Shown here in pieces: positions 1-9,933 of a stretch of DNA of 53,748 bases; the stretch's first letter is position 1; each line of letters starts with the position of its first letter. The translations under genes were made by a program, and so were the position numbers. The notes under the pieces are model-generated. The model saw only the letters and a program-made list of their open reading frames with translations. It had not been told where the DNA came from and made no database searches. The DNA comes from Alphaproteobacteria bacterium (GTDB taxonomy: Bacteria; Pseudomonadota; Alphaproteobacteria; JACZXZ01). The stretch lies in assembly GCA_035604475.1 (NCBI GenBank), contig DATNIJ010000052.1, positions 1 through 53,748 on the forward strand, in the 5' to 3' direction.

Positions 1-30
1 TGCCAGGCCCAGGGTTTCACCTACGCAGGA

Positions 31-468
31 ATGGAAACAATGAGCAATCATACAACCCCCGAGCAATTGATGGAGGCGACCGTCAACGTCGTCCGGGCAT
101 ATGTCTCCAATAACCGGCTCGACTCCGCCGAATTGCCTGCCGTCATACGCCAAGTCCACGACTGCTTCCGAGGCCTTGGCGAGGAGCAGACGGCGGCGGG
201 CAAGGCCGAGCCCCATGTACCGATCAAGAAGTCGGTCACCCGGAACTACCTCGTTTGCCTCGAGTGCGGTATGCGCCTCAAGATGCTCAAGCGCCATATG
301 GGCTCGGCCCATCAGATGAGCCTTGCCGACTATCGTTCCAAATGGGGTCTGTCGCCGAGCTATCCCGTCGTCGCCCCGAGCTACGCCGAGACGCGCTCGG
401 CGCTCGCCAAGCAGATCGGCCTCGGCACGCGCAACCGGCGCAAGAGCGGCCGGCGCAAGAGGGCCTGA
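31..468 (+). CDS. mucR: MucR/Ros family zinc-finger transcriptional regulator
   Basis: 145-aa ORF. The stretch LVCLECGMRLKMLKRHMGSAHQMSLADYRSKWGL is the conserved Ros/MucR Cys2-His2-type DNA-binding core. Confidence 0.9.
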   Translation: METMSNHTTPEQLMEATVNVVRAYVSNNRLDSAELPAVIRQVHDCFRGLGEEQTAAGKAEPHVPIKKSVTRNYLVCLECGMRLKMLKRHMGSAHQMSLADYRSKWGLSPSYPVVAPSYAETRSALAKQIGLGTRNRRKSGRRKRA

Positions 469-588
469 GCCCCTAGTACCGACTTTCGCGAGCTCGCGAG
501 TCGCCTTTCGGCGACCCGCGAGACGCAAAACTGTGCGAAGAGGTACCAGGCCGCGCGACGCCGCCGGGCGCTCCGTCGGTCACGGGTC

Positions 589-644
589 AGTTTCACCCCA
601 TCCTTCGAGACGGGCCTTCGGCCGTCCTCAGGATGAGGTGAAAC
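589..644. repeat. REP-like imperfect palindromic element, copy A
   Basis: GTTTCACCCCATCCT...AGGATGAGGTGAAAC arms enclose a CGGGCC-TTCG-GCCG inner hairpin. It shares the CCTCATCCT/AGGATGAGG terminal motif with copy B. Confidence 0.6.
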
Positions 645-656
645 CCTAACCAAAAT

Positions 657-709
657 GTCCTCATCCTGAGGAGCGTCGCGCATGCGACGCCTCTCGAAGG
701 ATGAGGATC
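657..709. repeat. REP-like imperfect palindromic element, copy B (inverted relative to A)
   Basis: TCCTCATCCTGAGGAGCGTCGC-GCAT-GCGACGCCTCTCGAAGGATGAGGA is a long hairpin-forming element in the mucR-znuA intergenic region. Confidence 0.6.
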
Positions 710-757
710 CAGCCAAACTCACCCCCTACCGCTCCGTCATCGCCGTTGCGCGCGATG

Positions 758-776
758 GTATGTTATAATATAACGC
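758..776. promoter_or_regulatory. Zur-type operator upstream of the znuA-like gene
   Basis: ATGTTATAATATAAC contains the perfect 6-1-6 palindrome GTTATA-A-TATAAC at 762-774. This matches the core of the proteobacterial Zur box (..ATGTTATAnTATAACAT..) and lies about 40 nt upstream of the 812 start. Confidence 0.6.
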
Positions 777-811
777 GCAGGGCGGAACCGGCAGACACGA
801 GGAGCGAAACC

Positions 812-1675
812 ATGCGTCACTTCTTCATCGCTGCATTCGTCGGCTGGGCGCTCGGCGCGTCTTGGGCCCATGCCGCTCCGATCGACATCGTGGCGGCCGA
901 GAACTTCTACGGCGACGTGGCGGAGCAGATCGGCGGCCCGGAGGTGCATGTCACGAGCATTCTGACCAACCCGGATGAGGACCCGCATCTCTTCGAGGCC
1001 AACCCGTCGACGGCCCGCCAGCTTGCCGATGCCAAGCTTGTGATCTATAGCGGGGCCGGTTACGACAGCTGGGCCGGCAAACTGCTGGCCGCCTCGAAAG
1101 CCCCAGGCCGCCAGGTCATCGATGTCGCCAAGCTTGTCCATCGGAAGGATGGAGACAATCCGCACATCTGGTACGACCCGCCGACGATGCCGGCGCTTGC
1201 CAAGCATCTCGCCGACACATTGTCGCAGCTCGACCCCTCCCATCGCGCGGACTACGTCAAGCGCTTGGCGCTCTTCGTGGAGACGATGAAGAGGATGGAC
1301 GCCAGGATTTCCGAGCTCCACCGCAAGTACGCCGAAACGGTCGCGACGGCGACCGAGCCCGTGTTCGGCTATATGGCCGATGCGCTCGGCCTCAAGATGC
1401 GGAACGACCGCTTCCAGCTCGCGGTCATGAACGACACCGAGCCCAGTGCCGGCGAGATCGCCGCCTTCGAAAAGGACTTGCGTTCGCGGACGGTCAAGGT
1501 GCTCTTTTACAACAGCCAGACGAGCGAGGCCTTGACCGAGCGGATGCGCGGCATCGCGAAGCAAGCCGGCGTGCCGATCGTCGGCGTCACCGAGACGGAG
1601 CCCCCGGGAAAGAGATACCAGGAATGGATGATGTCGCAGCTCGATGCTCTCGACCAGGCGCTCGCGGGCAAGTAA
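812..1675 (+). CDS. znuA: Metal (zinc/manganese) ABC transporter substrate-binding protein, ZnuA/TroA family
   Basis: Start chosen at MRHFFIAAFVGWALGASWAHA, a signal peptide. The body (ENFYGD..HLFE..NPHIWYDP..) is typical of cluster A-I metal-binding proteins. Assignment to zinc rests on the upstream Zur-like box. Confidence 0.8.
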   Translation: MRHFFIAAFVGWALGASWAHAAPIDIVAAENFYGDVAEQIGGPEVHVTSILTNPDEDPHLFEANPSTARQLADAKLVIYSGAGYDSWAGKLLAASKAPGRQVIDVAKLVHRKDGDNPHIWYDPPTMPALAKHLADTLSQLDPSHRADYVKRLALFVETMKRMDARISELHRKYAETVATATEPVFGYMADALGLKMRNDRFQLAVMNDTEPSAGEIAAFEKDLRSRTVKVLFYNSQTSEALTERMRGIAKQAGVPIVGVTETEPPGKRYQEWMMSQLDALDQALAGK

Positions 1676-2472
1676 ACGCCCGCGCGATCGAGCTCGACCG
1701 CGTCACGCTTACGCGCGGCGGGCGCAATGTGCTTGCGGACGTGAGCTTCGCCATAGCGCAGGGAGAGTTCGTCGGCGTCTTCGGCCCCAACGGCTCCGGC
1801 AAGACCACGCTACTCCAGGCCATCCTCGGCCTGATTCGGCCGTCGCGGGGCGCGCTCAACATCTTCGGCGAGGGGGCGCGGCGGGGCACTGCCGCCGCCG
1901 GATATCTGCCGCAGCAGCGTAGCCCGGTCGCGGATCTGCGGCTCCGCGGCTGGGATTTCGTGGCGAGCGCCTGCAATGGCGAGCGCTGGGGCCTGCCGCT
2001 CCTCGGTGCGGCGGGGCGGGGCGAGGTCCATGCTGCGGTCGAGCTCGTCGGCGCCGCAGCGCTCGCCGAACGGCCGCTCTGCGAGCTCTCGGGCGGCGAG
2101 CTGCAGCGCCTCCTGCTGGCCCAGTCGCTCCTCGGCAAACCGAAGCTCCTCCTGCTCGACGAGCCGCTCATCAGCCTCGACCCCCATTTCCAGCAGGCGG
2201 TGGTCGAGCTGGTGAAGCGGATTCAGTCGAGCCTGGGGATCACGGTGCTGTTCACCGCCCACGACATCAACCCGCTGCTCGGCTTCATGGACCGTGTGCT
2301 CTACCTAGGCCACGGCCAAGCCGCGCTCGGCACGGTCGAGGAGGTGATCAACGGCGAAGTGCTTTCCCGGCTCTACAGCACGCCGATCGAAGTCCTCCGC
2401 GTGAAGGACCGCATCCTTGTCGTGTCGGGACATGGCCCGGTCGAGACCCATGCTCATCTCCACGATGTTTGA
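1624..2472 (+). CDS. znuC: Metal ABC transporter ATP-binding protein
   Basis: Walker A GPNGSGKTT, signature LSGGELQR and Walker B LLLLDEP are present. The only in-frame start upstream of the conserved N-terminus is ATG 1624, which gives a 52-nt overlap with znuA. Confidence 0.85.
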   Translation: MDDVAARCSRPGARGQVNARAIELDRVTLTRGGRNVLADVSFAIAQGEFVGVFGPNGSGKTTLLQAILGLIRPSRGALNIFGEGARRGTAAAGYLPQQRSPVADLRLRGWDFVASACNGERWGLPLLGAAGRGEVHAAVELVGAAALAERPLCELSGGELQRLLLAQSLLGKPKLLLLDEPLISLDPHFQQAVVELVKRIQSSLGITVLFTAHDINPLLGFMDRVLYLGHGQAALGTVEEVINGEVLSRLYSTPIEVLRVKDRILVVSGHGPVETHAHLHDV

Positions 2473-3274
2473 GTACGACTTCATGCGCACCGCGTTTGCG
2501 GCCGGCGGCGTCGTGGCCGTGGTCGCGGGTACGGTGGGATTCTTCCTGGTGATGCGCAACCTCGCGTTCGCGGGTCACGCGCTGTCCCATGTCGGCTTTG
2601 CGGGCGCCACGGGCTCGGTGCTCATCGGGCTGTCGCCCTTCTGGGGGCTGCTCGCCTTCACGCTCGCGGCGGGGATCGTAATGGGCCTGCTCGGCGAGCG
2701 CGTGCGCGGCCGCGATATCGCCGTCGGCATCATCCTCTCGCTGGCGCTCGGCCTGGGCGTGCTTTTCCTCTATCTTTATACCACCCACGCGACTCAGGCG
2801 ACGGCGCTCCTCTTCGGCAACCTGCTCGGCGTGAGCGCCGACATGCTGTGGGACATGGTCGCCCTCGGCGCGCTCAGCCTTGCGGGCCTCGCGGCCATCT
2901 CGCGGCCGCTGCTCTTCGCCACCTTGGAGCCCGAGCTCGCCGAGGCCAAAGGCGTCTCGTTGCGCCTCGTCTCCGTGCTCTTTCTCATCATCGTCGCCGT
3001 GGCCGTCGCCGAGGCCGCCCAGGTCGTGGGCGTCCTTCTCGTCTTTGCGCTCATGGTAGGCCCGGCTGCCGCGGCACTTCGTCTCACCTCGCGTCTCGGC
3101 CGCGGGGTGGCGCTCGCAGCCCTCCTCGGCCTCGGCGAGACCTGGCTCGGAATTGCGCTTGCCTATGTCACCGACTGGCCGCCGAGCTTCTGGATCGTCC
3201 TCTTGAGCTGCTCGGTCTATTTCCTCAGCCTGGCGCGCCCCACCTCGGCCCGGCTCGTTCCCGCCGCCAACTGA
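2465..3274 (+). CDS. znuB: Metal ABC transporter permease
   Basis: Polytopic hydrophobic protein of the ZnuB/TroCD type. The ATG at 2465 overlaps the znuC stop (ATGTTTGA). Alternative starts are at 2450 and 2417. Confidence 0.85.
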   Translation: MFEYDFMRTAFAAGGVVAVVAGTVGFFLVMRNLAFAGHALSHVGFAGATGSVLIGLSPFWGLLAFTLAAGIVMGLLGERVRGRDIAVGIILSLALGLGVLFLYLYTTHATQATALLFGNLLGVSADMLWDMVALGALSLAGLAAISRPLLFATLEPELAEAKGVSLRLVSVLFLIIVAVAVAEAAQVVGVLLVFALMVGPAAAALRLTSRLGRGVALAALLGLGETWLGIALAYVTDWPPSFWIVLLSCSVYFLSLARPTSARLVPAAN

Positions 3275-3334
3275 ACCGGCATGCCGTGCCGCGAGCGGGA
3301 TTCCGCGCGCGGGCAACGCTCGCCCTCGTCCGCC

Positions 3335-4150
3335 TCAGAGTGCCGCGAGCTTGGCGTTCAAGAGATCGGTGATCAGCATGTGCGAGGGATAGTGGGAGAT
3401 GGAGAAGGGCGGCTTGGCCGTCGCGATCACCGATTGCGGCGTCACGCCACAGGCCCAGAAGACCGGCAGCTCGTCCTCGCGTACCGCGACCGTGTCGCCG
3501 AAATCCGGCTTGGCGATGTCCTTGATGCCGATCATCTCCGGCAAACCCAAATGCACGGGCGCGCCATGCACGTTTGGGAAGCGCGAGGTGATCTGCACGG
3601 CGCGGATCGCCTCGGCCGGCGTGAAGGGCCGCATGGAGACCACCAGCTTGCCGTGGAAGCGCTCGGTGCGCTCGGTGTCGAGGCTGGTGCGGAACATCGA
3701 CACCGTGACGCCTTGCTCGAGGTGACGCAGGCGGAGGCCCGCCTCGAGGAGGGCCTGCTCGAAGGAGAACGAGCAGCCGAGCACGAAGGCGACCAGATCG
3801 TCGCGCCACCACTTCATGAGATCGGTCGGGCTGTCGACCTCTTTGCCGTCGCGGAAGACGCGGTAACGCGGCACGTCGGTGCGGATGTCGATGTCGCGGC
3901 CGAGCGTGGGCAACAAGGGGTCGCCCCGCTTTCCCACGGCGAGAACGGGGCAAGGCTTCGGGTTTTGCAGGCAGAAGCGCAGGAACTCGTCGGCCCAATC
4001 GGCCGGCAAGATCGCGACGTTGCCCTGCACCATGCCGGGTGCCAGGCCCGAGGTCTGGCCGCGGTACTCGCCGCGCCGGATGCGCGCGCGTACCGCCGCA
4101 GCCGAGACGTCGGAAGCCTTCGCCACTCTCTCATCGAATGCGATGCTCAT
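3335..4150 (-). CDS. DUF1445/UPF0317 putative hydro-lyase (D-glutamate cyclase-like)
   Basis: 271 aa. [53 protein letters not shown] is the characteristic N-terminal block of this family. Confidence 0.8.
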   Translation of the reverse strand: MSIAFDERVAKASDVSAAAVRARIRRGEYRGQTSGLAPGMVQGNVAILPADWADEFLRFCLQNPKPCPVLAVGKRGDPLLPTLGRDIDIRTDVPRYRVFRDGKEVDSPTDLMKWWRDDLVAFVLGCSFSFEQALLEAGLRLRHLEQGVTVSMFRTSLDTERTERFHGKLVVSMRPFTPAEAIRAVQITSRFPNVHGAPVHLGLPEMIGIKDIAKPDFGDTVAVREDELPVFWACGVTPQSVIATAKPPFSISHYPSHMLITDLLNAKLAAL

Positions 4151-4204
4151 GGAAACCGCTCCTTGATTGCGCCGGCCCGCCGCACCGCACGCGGCGCCAT
4201 GGCC

Positions 4205-4996
4205 TCAATAGACGCCGCCCGGTCCCGCCTTGCCGCCGTCGCCGCGCATCTCGGCCACCACCTCCTTGCCGAATTGAGCAAGGATGCGGTTGTCGCTCAA
4301 CACCGTCACGAGATCGAAGCCCTTCGCGATCATCGCCTTGGCATAAGCCACGCTTCCCGTGTGGATGCCGGCCTTTATCTTGTGGCGCTTGCTCGCGGCC
4401 AGGATGCGATCGATGAGGGCTACGATCTTCGCGTCGGTCTGATCCAGGCCGCCCTTGCCGCCGTGGGAAAGCGAGAGGTCGTTGGGCCCGATGTAAAGTC
4501 CGTCGAGTCCCGGCGTGCTGCAGATCTCGTCCAGATGCTTGACCCCGTCCGCGGTCTCGATCATGGCCAAGGCGACGATCGTCTCGTCGGACTTGCTCTG
4601 ATAGTCGCTGCCGCCATAGATGAGGCCGCGGATCGGACCCGCGCTGCGGTATCCGCGGGGCGGATAGCGGCAGGCGCCCACGAACCGCTCGGCTTCCTCG
4701 CGGTCGTTGATCATCGGACATATGACGCCGTAGGCGCCGGCGTCGAGACACTTCATGATGATGGCCGGGTCGTTCCACGGTACGCGCACGAGCGGCGTGA
4801 CGCTGGTCGTCGAGATCGCCTGCATCATCAAGACCGAGCTCTGGTAGTCGATGAGACCGTGCTGCAGGTCGATGACGAGCGAATCCCATCCGAGCGTCGC
4901 CATGACCTCGGCGGAAAAGCTGTTCGGAATGCCGAGCCAGCCGTTGACGACCGCACCGCCCTTGTTCCAGATCGTGCGCAGGTTGTTGGGCCTCAT
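4205..4996 (-). CDS. HpcH/HpaI family aldolase
   Basis: MRPNNLRTIWNKGGAVVNGWLGIPNSFSAEVMATLGWDSLVIDLQHG is a typical HpcH/HpaI N-terminus. It is probably co-transcribed with the DUF1445 gene. Confidence 0.8.
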   Translation of the reverse strand: MRPNNLRTIWNKGGAVVNGWLGIPNSFSAEVMATLGWDSLVIDLQHGLIDYQSSVLMMQAISTTSVTPLVRVPWNDPAIIMKCLDAGAYGVICPMINDREEAERFVGACRYPPRGYRSAGPIRGLIYGGSDYQSKSDETIVALAMIETADGVKHLDEICSTPGLDGLYIGPNDLSLSHGGKGGLDQTDAKIVALIDRILAASKRHKIKAGIHTGSVAYAKAMIAKGFDLVTVLSDNRILAQFGKEVVAEMRGDGGKAGPGGVY

Positions 4997-5239
4997 CGTC
5001 TCTCCCCCTCCCATGCTGTCCGCGCGCGATCATGGCGCCTCGCCCGTGCCACCGCAAGCGTGATCGCCGCCGCCGCCGCTCCGGGGATCATCGATAAATA
5101 GGCTTGAAAACACTCGATAATTTCCCCGCCGGCGTCAGCCGCGCCCGAGCGGCCCCAAGGCCGTTTCGCCCCCTCTCGCGCAAAGGGACCGAGGCGGCCG
5201 CAGCAAAGCCCTTGCCGCCCGCCGCGTGGACTGGTCTTC

Positions 5240-6247
5240 TTGGCGCTCTCCACGACCGTGCAAGGGCGAGGCACTGCGGCGCGGCTGTCAATCCACGAGG
5301 GCCCATCGTTGGCAGGCGGTGTGAAACTGAAGAGGAATTCCGAGCTCGCGGTCGGTATCGCGCTCGGCAGCGGCGTCGCGCGCGGCTGGGCGCACATCGG
5401 CGTCCTCAACGCGCTCGAGCGCGTCGGCATCAAGCCCGATATCGTCTGCGGCACCTCGATCGGCGCGCTCATCGGCGGGGTCTATGTCGCCGGCAGGCTC
5501 GACGGGCTCGAGGCATGGGCGCGCAGGCTCAATAGGCTCCGCGTCACCCGCCTCCTGGACTTCCAGATCGGTCATGGCGGCCTGATCGCGGGACGCCGCA
5601 TCATGCAGGTCTTTGACGAAGAGCTCCACGGCCTGACGATCGAAAATCTGCCCCTGCCGTTCGCTTGCGTCTCGACCGACCTTGAGACCGGGCATGAGGT
5701 CTGGCTGCAAAAGGGCAATCTCATGGACGCCGTCCGCGCTTCCTATGCGCTCCCCGGCGTCTTCCCGGCCGTCAAGCTCGACGGCCGCTGGCTCATCGAC
5801 GGCGCGCTCGTCAACCCGATCCCGGTCTCGATGTGCCGCGCGCTCGGCGCGCACCTCGTCATCGCCGTGAACGTGAATGCGGACACCTTCGGGACGGCCA
5901 GGCTGCGCGCCGTGCGCGAGATCGAGGCCGCCGACGAGCGCGCGATCGTGAGGCGGATCAGGAATCTCCCCGGCGCCGAGCTCGCCCGCCAGCTTTTCAG
6001 CCACCGCAGCGACGAGCCGAGCATGCTCAACGTGATGGCGCGCTCGCTGCAAATCGTCCAGGACCGCGTCAGCCGCTCGCGGCTCGCAAGCGATCCGCCC
6101 GACGTGACGATCATACCCAGGCTTGGCGCGATCGGCGTTCTGCAGTTCGATCGCGCGAGCGAGATCATCCGGGCGGGCGAGGAGGCGGTCGAGCGCGCCA
6201 TCCCGCATCTCGAGGACGCGCTCCAGCGGGTCGACCGCGGGAAATAA
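5240..6247 (+). CDS. Patatin-like phospholipase (RssA-like)
   Basis: It carries the GxGxxG oxyanion motif (GSGVARG), the nucleophile elbow GTSIG and a DGA catalytic Asp motif (LIDGALVNPIP). The exact start is uncertain. Confidence 0.85.
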   Translation: MALSTTVQGRGTAARLSIHEGPSLAGGVKLKRNSELAVGIALGSGVARGWAHIGVLNALERVGIKPDIVCGTSIGALIGGVYVAGRLDGLEAWARRLNRLRVTRLLDFQIGHGGLIAGRRIMQVFDEELHGLTIENLPLPFACVSTDLETGHEVWLQKGNLMDAVRASYALPGVFPAVKLDGRWLIDGALVNPIPVSMCRALGAHLVIAVNVNADTFGTARLRAVREIEAADERAIVRRIRNLPGAELARQLFSHRSDEPSMLNVMARSLQIVQDRVSRSRLASDPPDVTIIPRLGAIGVLQFDRASEIIRAGEEAVERAIPHLEDALQRVDRGK

Positions 6248-6346
6248 GCACGCCGGCTTATCGCTGCCGCCGTCATGACGCCCTGATCCCACGGGCGTCC
6301 GCTTAACGGGGCCGTCTCGGGCCCTGCTCGTCGCGCCGGCTTCGCG

Positions 6347-7636
6347 TCAGGATCTCTCGGTGTTGTGCATCAATCCCCTGCGCTGCGGCCGCGCGAAGGC
6401 AGGCCTTTGCCAAGAGGGTTTGCCGCGGCCGGGGCGAGCCCGGCCGGCCGTCTCCGCCCGAGGCCCGCGCTCCGCGTGCAGAGCCCCCGAGCGGGCCGGA
6501 ACGTGGAAGGGATGGTCCTCGACCACCGCGATCGCGCGGCGCGTCAGCTTCTCGATGTCCTTGAGATAGGCGCGCTCGGCGCCATCGCAGAAGGAGATCG
6601 CGATGCCGTCGGCACCCGCCCGCGCCGTGCGGCCGATGCGGTGGACGTAGCTCTCCGGTACGTTCGGGAGCTCGTAGTTGATGACATGGCTGATGCCGTC
6701 GATGTCGATGCCGCGCGCAGCGATATCGGTGGCGACGAGAACGCGCGTCTCTCCGGCGCGAAAACTTTCCAGCGCGCGCTGGCGGGCGGGCTGCGACTTG
6801 TTGCCGTGGATGGCCTCGACCTGGACGCCGATGCGCTCGAGCTGCTCGGCCAAGCGGTTGGCGCCGTGCTTGGTGCGGGTGAAGACGAGGGCGCGGGTGA
6901 TCGCGGGGTCCTTGAGGAGTTCGGCAAGGAGGGCGCGCTTGCGGGCGGCATCGACGAAGAGGACGCGCTGCTCGACCCGCTCCACGGTCGAAGCGGCGGG
7001 CGTCACCTCGACTCGTGCCGGGTTGCTCAAGATGCTGGCGGCGAGACGCCCGATCTCGGGCGGCATGGTCGCGGAGAAGAACAGCGACTGCCGCGCCTTC
7101 GGCAGCGTCGCGATGATCTTCCTCACGTCGTGAATGAAGCCCATGTCGAGCATACGGTCGGCCTCGTCGAGGACGAAGACCGAGAGCCGCTCGAGGCGGA
7201 CATGGCCCTGCCCCATGAGGTCGAGGAGCCGGCCCGGTGTGGCGACGAGGATGTCGAGGCCGCGGGAAAGGGCTGCGACCTGGGGCCTTTGGTTGACGCC
7301 GCCGTAGATGACGGCATGACGGAGTGCCAAGTAGCGGCCGTAGGTGCGAAAACTCTCGTCGATCTGGATGGCGAGCTCGCGGGTGGGTGTGAGCACCAAG
7401 GCCCGCACGAAGCCGCGCCCGACGGGCGCATGCGCTGCGGACAGGCGGTGCAGGATCGGAAGCGCGAAGGCGGCCGTCTTGCCGGTGCCGGTCTGCGCGA
7501 TGCCGACGAGGTCTCTTCCCGCGAGGAGATGCGGGATGGCCTGCGCCTGGATGGGCGTCGGCCGCTCATAGTTCGCCGCTCGCAAGGCACGGTGGATCGG
7601 CTCGAGGAGGGCTAGGTCGGAAAAGGAAAGATTCAC
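6347..7636 (-). CDS. rhlE: DEAD-box ATP-dependent RNA helicase
   Basis: Q-motif region, [18 protein letters not shown] ([10 protein letters not shown]), SAT and HRIGRTAR motifs are present, followed by a basic C-terminal tail. Confidence 0.9.
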   Translation of the reverse strand: MNLSFSDLALLEPIHRALRAANYERPTPIQAQAIPHLLAGRDLVGIAQTGTGKTAAFALPILHRLSAAHAPVGRGFVRALVLTPTRELAIQIDESFRTYGRYLALRHAVIYGGVNQRPQVAALSRGLDILVATPGRLLDLMGQGHVRLERLSVFVLDEADRMLDMGFIHDVRKIIATLPKARQSLFFSATMPPEIGRLAASILSNPARVEVTPAASTVERVEQRVLFVDAARKRALLAELLKDPAITRALVFTRTKHGANRLAEQLERIGVQVEAIHGNKSQPARQRALESFRAGETRVLVATDIAARGIDIDGISHVINYELPNVPESYVHRIGRTARAGADGIAISFCDGAERAYLKDIEKLTRRAIAVVEDHPFHVPARSGALHAERGPRAETAGRARPGRGKPSWQRPAFARPQRRGLMHNTERS

Positions 7637-8069
7637 TTCTATCTCTTTCTAATGGCGGCTCTGCCGCACCTCCCGCCCATCGCGGCTCCGTGCCGCAGGT
7701 CGGGCGAGAGGGGCGGCTTACGCCGCATGTAAGTTTAAGACTCGCAGCGTCCTGCGCCGCGAATCCCGGTTGCGTTGCGGCCTAACCCGCACGCGCCGGG
7801 GTATGCCTTAAATGTCGGGGAATTGTCTCGGAATGCAGCCGCGTCGGTACTGATCCAGCTATGGACGCCAACGCGCTTCGCGCGATCGCGAGATACGACA
7901 GTGACAGTCAAATAGGGCTTTGTCGCAGCGATGTCAAGGCTGGGTGTCGTGCCGCGGCCGTGGTCAAGACCTAGCGCGAGCTCGGCCTCTCTGAGGCCGG
8001 CATCAGGCTGATCGCTCCGTTGGACGTCGTTCCGGGGCGGGAACAGCCGGTTGCGCCCTTGCCGTGCGA

Positions 8070-8113
8070 TTGACGGCAGTAAGGATTTTCCTTACGTTAA
8101 GGAAGTTCCTTAC
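8070..8113. promoter_or_regulatory. Putative promoter overlapped by two tandem palindromic operators of the mazEF-like operon
   Basis: TTGACG (8070-8075)-N17-TACGTT (8093-8098). Two palindromes are present: GTAAGGA-TTT-TCCTTAC at 8079-8095 and TAAGGAA-G-TTCCTTA at 8098-8112. All lie directly upstream of the antitoxin start at 8129. Confidence 0.55.
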
Positions 8114-8128
8114 ACCGGATAGAGCGCC

Positions 8129-8344
8129 ATGATCACGAGCAAATTGACGGTCAAAGCGCAGACCACGATTCCGCGGCCGGTCAGAGCAGCTCTTCGGCTC
8201 AGAGCCGGCGACGAGATCGTCTATACGATCGAAAAGGGACGGGTCGTGTTGACCAAGGCCGCAGGCCGCGACGCCGAGGATCCCTTCGCCAGCTTCAACG
8301 AATGGGCGTCGGAAGCGGACGAGCGCGGCTATGCCAAGCTTTAG
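8129..8344 (+). CDS. mazE: AbrB/MazE/SpoVT-family antitoxin
   Basis: 71 aa. LTVKAQTTIPRPVRAALRLRAGDEIVYTIEKGRVVL is a swapped-hairpin AbrB-type fold signature. It overlaps the toxin gene by 14 nt. Confidence 0.8.
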   Translation: MITSKLTVKAQTTIPRPVRAALRLRAGDEIVYTIEKGRVVLTKAAGRDAEDPFASFNEWASEADERGYAKL

Positions 8345-8675
8345 CGCTTGGGACATCGTCAGAGTACCGTTCCCGTATACGGATCGGCCGATCCGGAAAT
8401 ACAGACCGGCCCTAGTCGTCGTCGGCGGTGATCTCGATAAGTCGCACGGCCTCTTGTGGCTCTTGATGATTACCAGCGTCGAGAATCGCCGCTGGCCCGA
8501 CGACGTTCCGATTTCGAACATCGAGGCCGCGGGACTGCCGATTGCTTCCGTGGTCCGTTGCGCCAAGATCGCGACTGTCGATGCCGACAGCGCCGAACGG
8601 ATCGGCATGCTGCCGCGCGGCGACCGCACGAAGGTGCAACGGTACCTCCAAAACCGCTTGCGCCATCTTCTCTAA
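8331..8675 (+). CDS. mazF: MazF/PemK-family toxin (endoribonuclease-type)
   Basis: 114 aa. WDIVRVPFPYTDRPIRKYRPALVV is the typical PemK/MazF N-terminal strand motif. The gene follows the antitoxin, which is the usual type II arrangement. Confidence 0.75.
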   Translation: MPSFSAWDIVRVPFPYTDRPIRKYRPALVVVGGDLDKSHGLLWLLMITSVENRRWPDDVPISNIEAAGLPIASVVRCAKIATVDADSAERIGMLPRGDRTKVQRYLQNRLRHLL

Positions 8676-8724
8676 AGGCGCGGGCCGCAAGGCCGTCTTT
8701 GCCCAAGGGTGCCGTTCCAGGCCC

Positions 8725-9270
8725 TTATCGCGCCGAGTTCCTAGCACCTCTTGCCCAATAGCTGCCGAAGCGTGCGACCGCCACCCTATCGTCGCTCGGG
8801 GTGACGCCCGTCGGCAGCGCGTCCACGACCAGCGGATGATCGTCCTCGAACATCCGATCGGCCGGCCGCGACAGTTGCCTATTGCGCCGCCGCGGCGCCG
8901 CTGCCACGAGGCTGCCGGCGGCGACCAGCTGGTCGATTGCGCTCTGGTCCGCCTTGATCGCCAGATCGGCATGGGTGAACGCGGTTGCCGGCGTGAGAGG
9001 GGTAGGCTCCGCGAGCAAGACAGGGTAGCACTCGCCCGTGGCCGTCACCACGAGCGTGCCCCCCGGACGATCCTGGATTTGGCTCCCCGGCTCGGCGTGC
9101 GTGCGCCAGTAGACGCGGTCCTTGAGGCGATGCCGTGCGGTGCGACCCGCCTCTGCCGCCGTCATGGTGTCATCGACATAGACTTGGCTCGGACGCCGCC
9201 CGATCTGACGGTAGATCGTAACCGGGGAGACCACGTCGAGGGTGCGCTGCGCCGCGGGGAGGTAGGCCAT
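8725..9270 (-). CDS. Hypothetical protein
   Basis: Start chosen at MAYLPAAQRTLDV. The composition looks coding, whereas the opposite-strand ORF 8542-9297 is Arg-rich shadow. I recognise no family. Confidence 0.5.
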   Translation of the reverse strand: MAYLPAAQRTLDVVSPVTIYRQIGRRPSQVYVDDTMTAAEAGRTARHRLKDRVYWRTHAEPGSQIQDRPGGTLVVTATGECYPVLLAEPTPLTPATAFTHADLAIKADQSAIDQLVAAGSLVAAAPRRRNRQLSRPADRMFEDDHPLVVDALPTGVTPSDDRVAVARFGSYWARGARNSAR

Positions 9271-9561
9271 GTCGTTCCTTTCATTTGTCCCTTTTAAATG
9301 GTGCTTGGCACCTGCGAATGCCACTCGCGGCTGTCGCGGCGGGTAAGGCGGCCCGCGCAAAAGGCTTGCCAGCCGGCGCGCATACGATCATCATCATGTC
9401 AAGCTATTTGGCTTCGGCGCGCGCTTGTCCGCTCCGCTTGCGCGTCGGATTCGCTTGCCGTTCCCTTGGGCGCGGGGGGCGAGTTCCCGGCGGCGAGCCG
9501 CTATCGAGTGCGACAGCAAAGGGACGGCAGGCCGCCGCTTTCCTCAAATCGGGAGGTGTCA

Positions 9562-9834
9562 TTGGTCAAGGAAGCTCTGCTCGAACTCGAAGGCACGGTG
9601 CTGGAGCTGCTGCCCGACGCGCGCTTTCGCGTGCAGCTCGACGACGGTCACGTGACGCTCGCCTACACGTCGGGCCGCATGAAGAAGAACCGCATTCGCA
9701 TTCTCGCGGGCGACCGCGTCACCGTCGAGATGACGCCCTACGACCTCAGCAAGGGGCGCATCAACTTCCGGCATAAGGACGAGCGCGGCTCCGCGGTCGC
9801 CCCGACGCCGAGATTTCCGCGCCGGCGGCATTAG
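9562..9834 (+). CDS. infA: Translation initiation factor IF-1
   Basis: [72 protein letters not shown] is the S1-like IF-1 fold. An in-frame TTG start lies 7 nt after GGGAGG. The extended basic C-terminal tail resembles that of Rhizobiales IF-1. Confidence 0.9.
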   Translation: MVKEALLELEGTVLELLPDARFRVQLDDGHVTLAYTSGRMKKNRIRILAGDRVTVEMTPYDLSKGRINFRHKDERGSAVAPTPRFPRRRH

Positions 9835-9933
9835 CCGGGCCATGGACGGAAGGCCTCACGGGGCCGCAAGAGGACTACGCAAGATGCAGCACCACCGCGG
9901 GCGGCGGGACGGTCACTGAGGCAGGAGGCTCCC

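Noticed and set aside
7637-8069. Hidden gene or ncRNA in the ~490-nt region upstream of rhlE (for example the 36-codon ORF at 7861)
   Set aside because: Long structured 5' UTRs are usual for DEAD-box helicase genes. The small ORF has no SD and poor codon bias. No terminator or conserved RNA motif was recognisable.
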